From: Basidiobolus meristosporus CBS 931.73
Lineage: Eukaryota > Fungi > Basidiobolomycota
Reading direction: 5' to 3'
DNA length: 64,000 nt
NCBI GenBank assembly: GCA_002104905.1
Contig: MCFE01000462.1
Span: forward strand, 1 to 64,000
Below, piece after piece: positions 50,860 to 61,452 of the stretch (within the stretch, counting starts at the first letter, position 1; each line of letters begins with the position of its first letter). The notes below the pieces were generated by a model. It saw only the letters and a program-made list of their open reading frames with translations, had not been told where the DNA came from and made no database searches. Both the position numbers and the translations under genes were made by a program.

Positions 50860-52343
50860 ATGGCCATGAAGTATAAATTAGCGTTGTGGTTCGTCAGCAG
50901 GAACATCCCGGTATCTGGGCATCCCCAAGAGTTGATTTAAGGTGTACTCATCTCCAACTTGGTCAATCTAATTATTGGGCTGAATGCTTCGATTTCCCTT
51001 CCTAACCCCGTCCAACAGGGCAACCATAAGCCAGGTTGCGTTGACCATGAAGCACTCTCGGACACTAGTAGGTTATCCGGCAACTCCCCACCAGCCACAC
51101 CCCTCCCAACTAATAGACTGCTTTTGATAGACCACGTTTGCCACCCATCAGGCCCATTTCTACAACAACCGTGTTCTAGATAAATATATCTTACAACCTA
51201 GCAGAAAGTTAACCTTACGTCAATTGCTCTTCTATGGCCGGAATACTAACCGAAGAACGAGTCGTAAACAGCGGTAATTATGTTAGAACCGAGCTTCCTG
51301 TGAGGTTGGCCCACAGAATCCGGGACATGCAGAATCTCCCCTTCATCACAGCGACGAATCCTCACCTGGAAACAGTGTACAACCTCTACTGGCACGCGTT
51401 TGAAGCGTTTCGAAAGGTTCCCATGATCACGAACATGGCTGAGAACCAAGAATTCTGTGAACTCCTCAGAAGTGTGCAGGAGGAGCACCTGTATGTCATT
51501 CCGAAGCTGGCTATCTTCTGTTCGGAAAGCACCCCTTACCTGGGACGGACAAAGATCGACCAGTTCATGAATGAAACTCTTCGTTCCCGGATTTCTCGTC
51601 GAGTACTAGCCGAACAGCACATCGCTATCTCTGAAGCCTTGAAGAATCCCAGTTTCGAACCCCAAGAGGATCACATAGGCATCGTCCGCCCGCGCTGTAT
51701 TGCCCATGAGATTGTTCGGAAGTGTGCAGATCTGGCTAAGATGGAATTCAAACAAGCCTATGGGATTGCACCCGAAGTCCACATCAACGGACATCTAAAT
51801 ACTATCTTCCCATACATCCCAGATCATGTGGAATATATCATTCACGAGCTGCTAAAGAACTCCATTAGCGCGGTTCTTGATGAGCATGGCCACCGGGAGA
51901 ATCTACCGGATATTGTTGTGACTATTTGCGAAGGAGAGAAGGACGTAACCTTTCGGGTATCTGACCAGGGCGGAGGCATCCACCAAGAAGAGTTGGACAC
52001 CATTTGGTCCTATGGATGTAACAAGCTCAAATCGGCCAATTTCCAGAAAGTCCCCAAGATGGCTGCCAAGATGGTTGAGAGTAGCAGGGCGGTATCGCCT
52101 CTGTTAAAGCTTGGAATCGGCCTACCGATGTCGAGGGTATTTGCCAATTATTGGGGAGGGCGCCTTGATATGAGTACCATGGAAGGGTTTGGCACGGATG
52201 CCTACCTGCATCTCTGTAAATTGGGCAACTTGCCTGAGAACATCGATTTTGACGAACCCACGGGATATACAGGCCTGGAGGCCGCGGACAAGCTCGGGCT
52301 TGGTCAATCCACCGCTGTCTACAAAGGACGTTCCTACTCGTAA
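50860..52343 (+). CDS. Mitochondrial alpha-ketoacid dehydrogenase kinase (BCKDK/PDK family); +1 frameshift at about 51243; 5' exons tentative
   Basis: FYNNRVLDKY...LTLRQLLFYGR / LTEERVVNSGNYVRTELPVRLAHRIRDMQNLPF, ELLKNS, FRVSDQGGGI, GIGLPMSRVFANYWGG, MEGFGTDAYL. Confidence 0.85.
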
Positions 52344-52523
52344 TCGAAGTGTATAGTAAATAAGCGGAACTGCCGGCATCTCTAACCCATCATTGAAGCT
52401 TTTTATGATCCCAGCTTAATGTATTGTACAGGATCAGCATCCCAACATAATCTAAGGTGCTAATTGGGGATAAGTTGAATTAAACTATTTATTAAATATT
52501 AAGGGCGATGTTCAAGTCTATAT

Positions 52524-52856
52524 TTAGGCGTGCATACAAGCCCACCATCCACAGTAGTAACGCATATTCCAGAGGCGCTTGAGTAAACTTGGTTTTGCGT
52601 TGGTCTTGACGCAATCCCCCTGGACGCACGCACAGTTGACTTGAGAGAGAGACTGCGTTTCGGGTTGGTTGGGCACCTGCCAATTGCAACAGGTCAACTC
52701 TCCGCACTGTTTCATCGGCAGGTCGAGGGTGTTTGGATGGGTAGGGACAAGGTGTCCATGCTCATTGGAGCTCATTTCGTATGTAGGTAAAGCCACACCA
52801 GTGTGGGTCAAAGTACAAAAAAGAATGGCTAAGAAGATAGCAGCGGTAGATCTCAT
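52524..52856 (-). CDS. Small secreted cysteine-rich protein, 110 aa, with a KR site before a C-terminal aromatic peptide
   Basis: Signal peptide MRSTAAIFLAILFCTLTHTGVA, 8 Cys in the mature region, ends LLKR|LWNMRYYCGWWACMHA*. Confidence 0.65.
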   Translation of the reverse strand: MRSTAAIFLAILFCTLTHTGVALPTYEMSSNEHGHLVPTHPNTLDLPMKQCGELTCCNWQVPNQPETQSLSQVNCACVQGDCVKTNAKPSLLKRLWNMRYYCGWWACMHA

Positions 52857-53214
52857 GACTCGGAAAATGGGGAAAATGGGGAATACTGGTGATGGGAGTG
52901 AAGGGCCCTGATTTTATATGTTCTCCCTTTCATTCTAAGAATCTACTTGAAGGTGGTGAATTGCGCTTGAAAGAGCGCTCAAAGCAATTCGTTGTCAATC
53001 CTCTACCAGTTTCAACAAACTGCTTGTTGACTACAATAGGTGATTCCTAGAATCCATGGCATTTATCACTTGACACCAGTCTGGTTCCAAGATCTACGCA
53101 CAATATGTTTCATCATTTTGGGTTGTTCCGCATCCGTGACGATCAGGTACTCAATGGGAATAAATCCCGTCTACCGGTTGGACTCAGACAGAGCTCCTCT
53201 TACTTCAGGTGAAC

Positions 53215-54417
53215 ATGGTGGTTAACGCAACGATAGGTGCTCTGGTGTCCTCCGTAGGAAGAAACCTGGCTGATTCGCTTACACACAGCGTCAGCCCCAC
53301 CGCGAATGTGCTGTTCTCCCCATTGTCCATATTTGCCGCGCTCTTCATGCTCCTGTTTGGCACTGCCGAGAGAAGCCAGAGCCAGTCAGAGCTTCTACGC
53401 TTCTTCGGCTCCCCGGATACCCACAGCAGCTCGCTCCCTAACCTGGCTGAGTCCTTCCATAACTTCTTCCAGCCGTTGATGGGTGACCACGAGGGTGTCG
53501 GGCCATCCGAGGACCACAACGCCACCTTCCTGCTGGCCAACTCGCTGTGGGGAGAAGCATTCAAGCAAAGCTACGTTGACCTGAACAGGGAGAAACTCTT
53601 TGCCTCTGTATTCTCACAGACTCCCACCGCGACGAAGGTGAATCAATGGGTGGCGAAGAACACCAAGAACCATATCACCGGGATCCTTCCACCAGGATTT
53701 CGTCTGGATCCACAAAGCCTGTTGCTTGTGAACACAGTCTTCTTCCATGGGATGTGGAAGAATGAGTTCAAGGCCAGTCGAACCACCTCGGAGGAGTTCC
53801 AGGTGCTGTCGGGAGCACCGATCAAGGTGAAGATGATGAACTCATTCCGGGAGAGGTGGGCCTATTCGGAGAGCGAGAAGTACCAGGTGCTGGATATGCC
53901 GTACACCGACGACCGGTTCGTGGCAACCGTAGTGCTACCAAGGGAGGTGCAATCCTTCGCCAGTTTCACCCACAGTCTCAGCGAAGAGGATTGGACCGAT
54001 ATTCTGGAAGGAGATAGGTATACACAGAAAGTGAACCTTCACCTACCGAAGTTCGACCTTGAGCAGGAGCTGAATCTCAACCAGGCGCTGCAGAAGGGAG
54101 GGGTCAGAGAGATATTCGGAAGCAGCGCCAGGCTTGACAATCTTTCGAAGTTCCGATGTATGTCAGCGATGTGCTGCACAAGTGTCGCATCGAGGTTAAT
54201 GAAAAAGGTAACGGGAAAGTGAAGCAAGTATATCAGCATCCACTAACCTCTTTTTACAGGCTCCAAAGCGAGCGCAGCAACCGCGGTGGTCATTCAGGTG
54301 CTATCCTCGGCTAGACCAAAGCCAACACCGGAAATGCGATGTAATCGGCCTTTTTTGTTTGTTATTCGAACCAAAACCGGGGTTCCTATGTTCATTGCTT
54401 ACATCGCCAAACCTTGA
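53215..54417 (+). CDS. Serpin, copy 1 (no signal peptide, 2 exons); 1-nt deletion frameshift at about 54146-54153
   Basis: NVLFSPLSIFAAL, VNQWVAKNT, LLLVNTVFFHGMWKNEF, QVLDMPY, LHLPKFDLE. After the frameshift: PMYVSDVLHKCRIEVNEK, intron 54208-54259, then GSKASAATAVVIQVL-SS and CNRPFLFVIR...KP*. Confidence 0.93.
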
Positions 54418-54572
54418 TTCTTTCTGAATAAATCCCTCCGATCCCTCCTTATAACAGACTGAGGGATATTCCAGAATATCTTAACAAGGAATCTCCGATT
54501 TTTTTTTCATTGATCCACTTGCTAAAAGTCATTCAGAAGAGCTTGGAAACCTATTAACTACTCTTGCACACC

Positions 54573-54761
54573 ATGTCCCAACAAGCTCATCCCATGCGCA
54601 TTGAGATCGTCTCAACCAAATCCCTTTCGACACACAGTGCTTCCAAGCGTATGAAGAACTTTCTCGCCGAAAACACAGCGGTCCATTCCCTCCCCAACTC
54701 AGTAGTGTACCAATTGAATGAGATCAATCGTGCCATCAAGAAACCCTCAAAGAAGGAGTAG
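54573..54761 (+). CDS. 62-aa protein, possibly an RNA polymerase I subunit A14 (Rpa14/Ker1)-like protein
   Basis: PMRIEIVSTKSLS...SKRMKNFLAEN...NSVVYQLNEINRAIK follows the recalled A14 pattern (P..I....S..A...L..FI ... S..L.QLKRIQR.L). Similarity is weak. Confidence 0.4.
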   Translation: MSQQAHPMRIEIVSTKSLSTHSASKRMKNFLAENTAVHSLPNSVVYQLNEINRAIKKPSKKE

Positions 54762-55105
54762 CTCAGTGTCCTTAGCATATGTATATATAGCCAGTTAGAC
54801 CAAATAGATTCTGATAGTTGCTTTCCACTGTTACCTGCCTGTTTCACCTGACAATAGAAACTTACATAAATATTCCACTTTCCGCAATTTAGTCATTAGA
54901 ATTATTCCACTCTGCCAATATAATATTCACTGGTGATCGTACCCAATGATTAGCATTTTGGGACCAATTTTTTTCTGGTTTCATTAATCTAAATGACCGG
55001 CTGGACGTGGAAGAATTTTTGAATAAAACCCTAGAGACTTGGGAAATTTGTTTGTACCGAAGGACGGCACTGGAAGCACTATATCCCTTGCCTTAGACTA
55101 TTCCC

Positions 55106-58100
55106 ATGATGCAGTATTTAAGGCAGACGGCCCGACGTTCTCTCGTGAGCAATGTCTACTCTCACCTGGGTAGACGTGGAACAATGATTACCCGGCCTTT
55201 CAGTATACATAGACTTCAACAAGTGCAAAAGAGCTCTACTGTGGATTCAGACAGTCACAAATTACCGCAACCGGCAAACATAAAGCTCAAGAATGATTTC
55301 AAGCTGTCCGTGAACTTCCTGGCCAAATACAAAAACGCCATTCCTCCATTTGGTTTCAATGGTCTTGGCGAGCTTGTTTATCGTAGAACATATTCGCGTT
55401 TAAAGACAAATGGCGAACGGGAGCAATGGTACCGTGGCATGCTTCGGGCTTTCAGGGACGCGCCTCTAACCATTTTGTTGTGCTGAAGGTGGGAGACAGT
55501 CGAGCGAGTGGTCAACGGAACCTACAATATTCAAAAGAAGTGGATTGAGCAGAACGACCTGGGTTGGGATGCTTACAAGGTATGACTCTCAAGTGTGTGG
55601 TCTGTGGGATGCATTTGCTGAAACCGCTATCACTTCACAAGGCCCAAATGTCTGCGCAGCGAATGTACGATCGGATTTTCAATATGAAGTTCCTGCCTCC
55701 TGGCAGAGGTCAGTTTCGAGAGAGCTCTTCAGTTTCCCACAGCCCGTATTGATAGTTTGTTACAGGATTGTGGGCCATGGGATCTCCCTTGACCGAGGAG
55801 CGAGGAATATTCGCTGCTTTAAACAATTGCGCTTTTGTCAGCACGGAGAGTATGTGGGATGGCAGGAATGCCCCCAGTCGTCCATTTACGTTTTTGATGG
55901 ACGCCACCATGCTTGGGTAGGTTATCAAAAGCACAAGCCCCAGGGACAACCACTCATTTCATCACAGTGTAGGAGTCGGCTTCGACACAAAAGGGGCCAC
56001 TATAGCCGAAGAGCGCGGCAAAGTGGTTACCGAGCCCAATGTCTCCAAAGGCTCATTGGTCTACACCATCCCTGATTCCCGTGAAGGTAACGTTGATACG
56101 CTTGGGCACGTCTCAGTAGATTCTAATTCTGCGCAATGAAAGGTTGGGTCAGGTCGGTCGAGCTTCTTATAGACTCCTACTTCGATCCCAAGATGAGTTC
56201 CCCGGTAAGAATATGGTGATTTTCCGATAGCTCCCGTTCGTGCAACTCAACATCTGTCTTCTCAGGAGTTCAACTACGATCAAATCCGACCAGCCGGACT
56301 CCCAATCAAAGTAAGTTCCTACAACCCTCCTCGGCCCTCACGCAGGTGATTTACTATTCCAACAACCGCAGGGATTTGGTGGCGTCTCTTCTGGACCAGG
56401 CCCATTGAAAGACCTTCACGATCATATTCGCGCGACTCTGAACAAAAACGTCGGGGCTCCGTTGACCGTGACTTCCATCGTGGACTTGATGAACCTGATA
56501 GGGAAATGCATCGTGAGCGGCAACGTTAGAAGAACAGCAGAGATTGCTTTCGGCGACCCGATGGATGACGAATACATCGATCTGAAGAACTACGAAGTGA
56601 ATCCGCACCGTAGCGAGTACGGCTGGACTAGCAACAATTCCGTAAGCGAGCATAGCCAAGCGTTCGTTGCTGCGTTGAGCTAACCCGTCGTGATGTAGGT
56701 CTTTGCTCAGCTTGGAATGGACTACACGAAGGTGTGCAGCCGTGTGATCAAGAATGGAGAGCCAGGATTTGCGTGGCTGGAGAATGCTCGGAGCTATGGC
56801 CGAATGAGCGAGCCTATGGTACAGCACCTACTTCGATAGAGAACAAATTCACAGCTTTGCTGACTTTATGCGTAGAACATGAAGGATGCTCGCGCTATGG
56901 GAGGAAACCCTTGCCTGGAGCAGACGTTGGAGTCCTTCGAATTGTGCTGCTTGGTCGAGGTGTTTCCATCCAACCACAATTCTCTAGAGGATTTCTTGGA
57001 AACGCTGGAGTCGGCATTTCTGTATGCAAAGACAGTCACCCTAGGCAACACCCATTGGAAGGAAAGCAATCAGGTTATGCTCCGAAACCGACGCATCGGC
57101 ACAGGGCTCAGCGGGATCGCTCAGTTCATCAGCAAGAGAGGTATTGTTTGTGGATCTTGTGGATGCATGGGGCAGTCGGAATAACCATATATGGTGTGCA
57201 GGCTTACATGAGTTCAAAAACTGGTGCGAGGAGGGATACAAGGCTGTGCAGCAAATCGACAAACAGTAAGTTCCAAGCCCCGCTGACTCCATCGCCCCAG
57301 GCTAATCGATCTCTCAGGGTTTCCGAGTGGTTCTGCATCCCACGCTCCATCAAAACCACCACAGTGAAGCCAAGTGGCACCGTCTCTCTGTTGGCCGGCG
57401 GTTAGTCCAGACGTTAGTTGGAATGATGTGACAGGCGACTAAACCAGATTCGTTGTGTAGCCACGCCTGGTATGCACTACCCTGAAAGCCGGTATTGCAT
57501 TCGTCGTGTGAGGATAGCCAAGGGCTCGGAGATGATCAGTGCTCTGAATAAGGCCGGGTACAAGATCGAGCAGGATGTTGGTATGTGGATGTGGGAACCT
57601 TCTTTGTCCAGCAGTTACCGACCTAACATGGATGTAGTTGAGCCGAACTCTGTTGTGGTGGAGATCCCGATCGACCACGGGGACGGGCTTCGCGGTCTGA
57701 AGGAGGTCAGCATGTGGGAGCAGCTGAGCCTGGCCGCTTTCATGCAGAAGTACTGGTCCGATAACCAGGTCAGCTGCACCGTAACCCTCGACCCCACCCT
57801 CGAGGGACCCCATCTGAAGCACGCATTGGATTATTTCCAATACCAACTCAAAGGTACGTTTTCTTCTGGGCCACCGAACCTCCGCCGCTCTAACCCCGAG
57901 TGTAGGTGTCTCCTTCCTGCCGCGTCTGCCCCTGGGCGCCTATCCTCAGATGCCATATGAGGCCATAGATGAGGAGACTTACTATGAACTGACTTCGCGC
58001 ATCTCCAACCCCACCCCACACTCCCCCAAGCCTCCACGCACCCACCAGAAGCTCTTGAAGCGCCTCGTGGCTGACGGTGGGGTTCAAATACCCAAGCCCG

Positions 58101-58213
58101 ACTTCCGGCACGTCAAAGAGGAGGCCACGGACCCCGAGATGGAGCGCTACTGCGACTCCAGTAGCTGTGTTATCGAATCAAGCCCACGCATCACCTCCAA
58201 GCCGGAACAATAG
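55106..58213 (+). CDS. nrdJ: Class II (adenosylcobalamin-dependent) ribonucleotide reductase, monomeric RTPR type, 15 exons
   Basis: PPFGFNGLGELVYRRTYSR, FLPPGRGLWAMG, ALNNCAF, MLGVGVGFDTKG, GNVRRTAEI, GWTSNNS, NGEPG, GGNPCLEQTLESFELCCLVE, NRRIGTGLSG, TVKPSGTVSLLAG, YWSDNQVSCTV, C-terminal YCDSSSC. Fourteen GT-AG introns all phase in frame. Confidence 0.95.
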
Positions 58214-58392
58214 CCCCGTTATATCTGATATCTCGTTGTACCAATAGAAGTGATTTCAAGTATCTCAATAAAGCCAACTGCCCCGCCACGCTCACAACGG
58301 TCCGAATGGTGTGTAGATGATTATATTGTACGGTTTATTACTACTCAAAGATATACACTCTGTTTCATGATACATACGATGCTGGTTATGCT

Positions 58393-60945
58393 TTACTTTC
58401 TAAGATCTTTCACTCTGACGGCGACTGCGTTTCGGTGGGCCTCTAAGCCTTCGATTTCGGCCAATCTCATGACCGAGTCGGCAAGACGGTCCAGGCCATC
58501 ACTGGTCAGCTGTTGGCTGGTGATGTACTTCAGGAAAGTGTCGGTGTTGACGCCCGAATACATTCTGGAGTATCCGTATGTGGGAAGAGTGTGGTTTGTT
58601 CCGGAGGCGTAATCACCACAGCTCTCTGGTGACCATGGGCCGACGAAGACGGAGCCAGCATTGTCGACCTGGTCGACGTACTTCTCGGCCTCCTCAAGGT
58701 GAAGAATAAGATGCTCAGGTGCGTAATCGTTGGAGAAGCTCATGGCCTCCTCCATGGTGTTCACATGGAGGGCATAGCTCTTGGGGATGGACTGGCGGAC
58801 GATGTCCACTCTGGGCAATCTGCTGGCTTGGCTATGGACCTCATCCTCAATCGCCTTGAACTTCTCTTCAGTGAGGTTCACCGCGACCAGCACAACCTGA
58901 CTGTCAACTCCATGCTCCGCTTGGGACAGCAGATCGGAGGCGACATAGCTGGGTGTGCATGTGGAATCAGCGATCACCAAGAGCTCAGATGGCCCGGCGG
59001 GCATATCGATGGATGTCATTGCTGAGCTGTCGTTCTGAACAATCATCTTGGCCGCGGTGACGTATTGGTTGCCAGGTCCACAGATCTTGTCAACCTTGGG
59101 GACTGATTCGGTACCGTAGGCCATAGCAGCGACTGCCTGAGCTCCACCAGCACAGACCACCATGGATGCACCAACCTTGTCAGCAACGTACAATACCTCG
59201 GGTACGACGGTGCCATCCTTTCTAGGAGGACTGGCGATAACGATCTCCTTGCACCCGGCGACCTTGGCTGGGATGCCTAACATGAGAGTGGTGGAGGGCA
59301 ACACAGCGGTGCCACCGGGAACGTACAAGCCCACCCGTTCAATGGGTCTGCTGAATCGGGAGCAGGTGACTCCGGGCATGGTCTCCACCACCAGGGTGCT
59401 ACGATCGTATTGCGCATCGTGGAATTTGTAGATGTTCTCGTAAGCTTGGTCGATGGCTGCCTTGGTTTGCTCGTCGATCTGCATCAACTCCTTGGGGAAT
59501 GGCGCTTTGACAACAGGGTTGCTCAACTTGACTCCATCGAACTTCTCGGTGAAGTGGAGGATGCCTTGGTCGCCCTTGGCCCGGACCTCTTGCAAGATGG
59601 GCTGGACGCGAGCGATGATCTCCTCGGATTTGATGATGGGTCTGAGCAACAAAGACTTGCGTGTTTCTTCGTCGATTTCCGCGTTGGAGTGGACCCGCAT
59701 CTGAATTCTGTCCCCGGGTTGTGGGGCTGCGGGGCTGGAGGCTGCTTCCTCTGACTTCTTGGTCTCGGGCTCGGCCTTCTTCACCTCGTATTGGGGCTTG
59801 GCGTTTCCGGGTCTTCTGGTGATCTTCTTGGATCTCTTGTTCAGATGTCTTTCTACGTCGGACAAGGTGACTCCGTTGGCCACGCACTTGGTAAGTGCGA
59901 AGTAGATCAGATCAGCAGCCTCCCAGGCGATCTCCTCGCGGTCGGTGGCGTCGCACAATTCGTGGGCCTCCTCGATGATCTTGGAGTGCAGGAGGTTGGA
60001 CTCATTGAAAAGGCGCGCGGTGTACGAGCCTTGAGGAGCGGACTCCTTGCGTTGGGTCAAGGTGGAGTACAACGCGGTGATGCCGTCGTCTACGCCGAAG
60101 CAGGTGCGGGTGTTCAGGTGGCAGAATCCGGATCCGTTTTGACGGACGGTGAAGCGTAAGGCGTCGCGATCGCAGTCGGTATCGATCTTCACCAACTCCT
60201 GGGTTGCTCCAGAGCTGGCTCCCTTGTACCAGAGGCCACGCTTTCTCGACTGGTAGACACCGGTGCCAGTCTTGATGGATTCGTTAAGACTCTCGACTGA
60301 GGAGTATACCAAACCCAGGCACACGCCTTGTTCGTCGACCACAATGGTGGTGAATAGACCATCCGGGCGATCGGATACCAGGGTGGCGCTCAGGGCCTTT
60401 CCAACCTTGTCCGAGTCGAAGGTGAGTTGGCTGACTGGGACGCTGACGTCCATGTTTTTGGCGCTCAACTTTTCGAGCACTGCTTGGACTGGCTCCACAC
60501 CGTCAACCACGATGCGTACCGCACCGCCATCGCGTAACAGAGTAGCCTCGGTCGAGAGCGACTCCAGGGCAGCGAGGGCTTGCTCAGTTGGGTTCTCTAG
60601 CTCCAGTACGATGACTGATACTTGGCTGGCATACTTCTCTACCCTAGCCACCAGATCGGTGGCCTCGTTGACAGATAATACGACGCCAAGTCGGCTTTGA
60701 GGGAACTCGAATAGCTCGGGAACAAGGCTCGCCTCCTCGAACAGGACTTTGGACGCACCAGCATCTAGAAGCTTCAAGGTAGCCTCCACAACATCGTCTA
60801 TTCCGTCCAGCTTCACCCAGCTGGCACCTTCGGGCAAAGCGGAGTCTGCTGACTTCACGCCGGTCAGGTACTTCTCGGGGAAGACCGAGAGACGGGAGTA
60901 GGTCTCAGAGTTGATGTCTGAGGAGATATATTTGGGTATCAACAT
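58393..60945 (-). CDS. HIS4: Trifunctional histidine biosynthesis protein (PR-AMP cyclohydrolase / PR-ATP pyrophosphohydrolase / histidinol dehydrogenase), 850 aa, intronless
   Basis: YQSRKRGLWYKGASSGATQEL, DCDRDAL, SYTARLF, KIIEEAHEL, GLYVPGGTAVLPST, ICGPGNQYV, IDMPAGPSE, SQAEHG, YAPEHL, GDYASGTNHTLPT. Confidence 0.98.
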   Translation of the reverse strand: MLIPKYISSDINSETYSRLSVFPEKYLTGVKSADSALPEGASWVKLDGIDDVVEATLKLLDAGASKVLFEEASLVPELFEFPQSRLGVVLSVNEATDLVARVEKYASQVSVIVLELENPTEQALAALESLSTEATLLRDGGAVRIVVDGVEPVQAVLEKLSAKNMDVSVPVSQLTFDSDKVGKALSATLVSDRPDGLFTTIVVDEQGVCLGLVYSSVESLNESIKTGTGVYQSRKRGLWYKGASSGATQELVKIDTDCDRDALRFTVRQNGSGFCHLNTRTCFGVDDGITALYSTLTQRKESAPQGSYTARLFNESNLLHSKIIEEAHELCDATDREEIAWEAADLIYFALTKCVANGVTLSDVERHLNKRSKKITRRPGNAKPQYEVKKAEPETKKSEEAASSPAAPQPGDRIQMRVHSNAEIDEETRKSLLLRPIIKSEEIIARVQPILQEVRAKGDQGILHFTEKFDGVKLSNPVVKAPFPKELMQIDEQTKAAIDQAYENIYKFHDAQYDRSTLVVETMPGVTCSRFSRPIERVGLYVPGGTAVLPSTTLMLGIPAKVAGCKEIVIASPPRKDGTVVPEVLYVADKVGASMVVCAGGAQAVAAMAYGTESVPKVDKICGPGNQYVTAAKMIVQNDSSAMTSIDMPAGPSELLVIADSTCTPSYVASDLLSQAEHGVDSQVVLVAVNLTEEKFKAIEDEVHSQASRLPRVDIVRQSIPKSYALHVNTMEEAMSFSNDYAPEHLILHLEEAEKYVDQVDNAGSVFVGPWSPESCGDYASGTNHTLPTYGYSRMYSGVNTDTFLKYITSQQLTSDGLDRLADSVMRLAEIEGLEAHRNAVAVRVKDLRK

Positions 60946-61452
60946 TCTCTACAGAGAAGTGGGTAGTCGGAGGGAAGGGAGTTGGGTGTAGTCAGGGATG
61001 AAGGCGGCTGAAGAGCTTCGAAAAAATCGATGGATCTTGTGTTCACTTGAAAATATATATCCCGCATTCATTCGTCTCATTCGCACCCATTCGCACCCAT
61101 TCGCACTCCTGGCTGATATCTCCTCAATATGGATCCTTCGAAATTTGATAAGATTCATGGTCAAGGTGGACCGTATTGGGGAATGTTTCGTTGGTGCTAC
61201 TGCCTAATCAGGCTTGGGGATGAGTTGGGATGAGCAATCATGAGACACCCCCGATTCGGGACATCTCGGGGTATTCCATACAGATCTCATTGGGCTCAAC
61301 TCCATTCGACTACCACATCCCGATCCAGGGAATTTCTACCGGGAAACAAGGTTTGCTTTCGTGCACATCCTGGTTGGCGTGCCATGGTGAATGAACTCCA
61401 ATTGCTGCTTAGATCACAGTTTATTCGTAGAGATTGATTAAATATTGTACAT

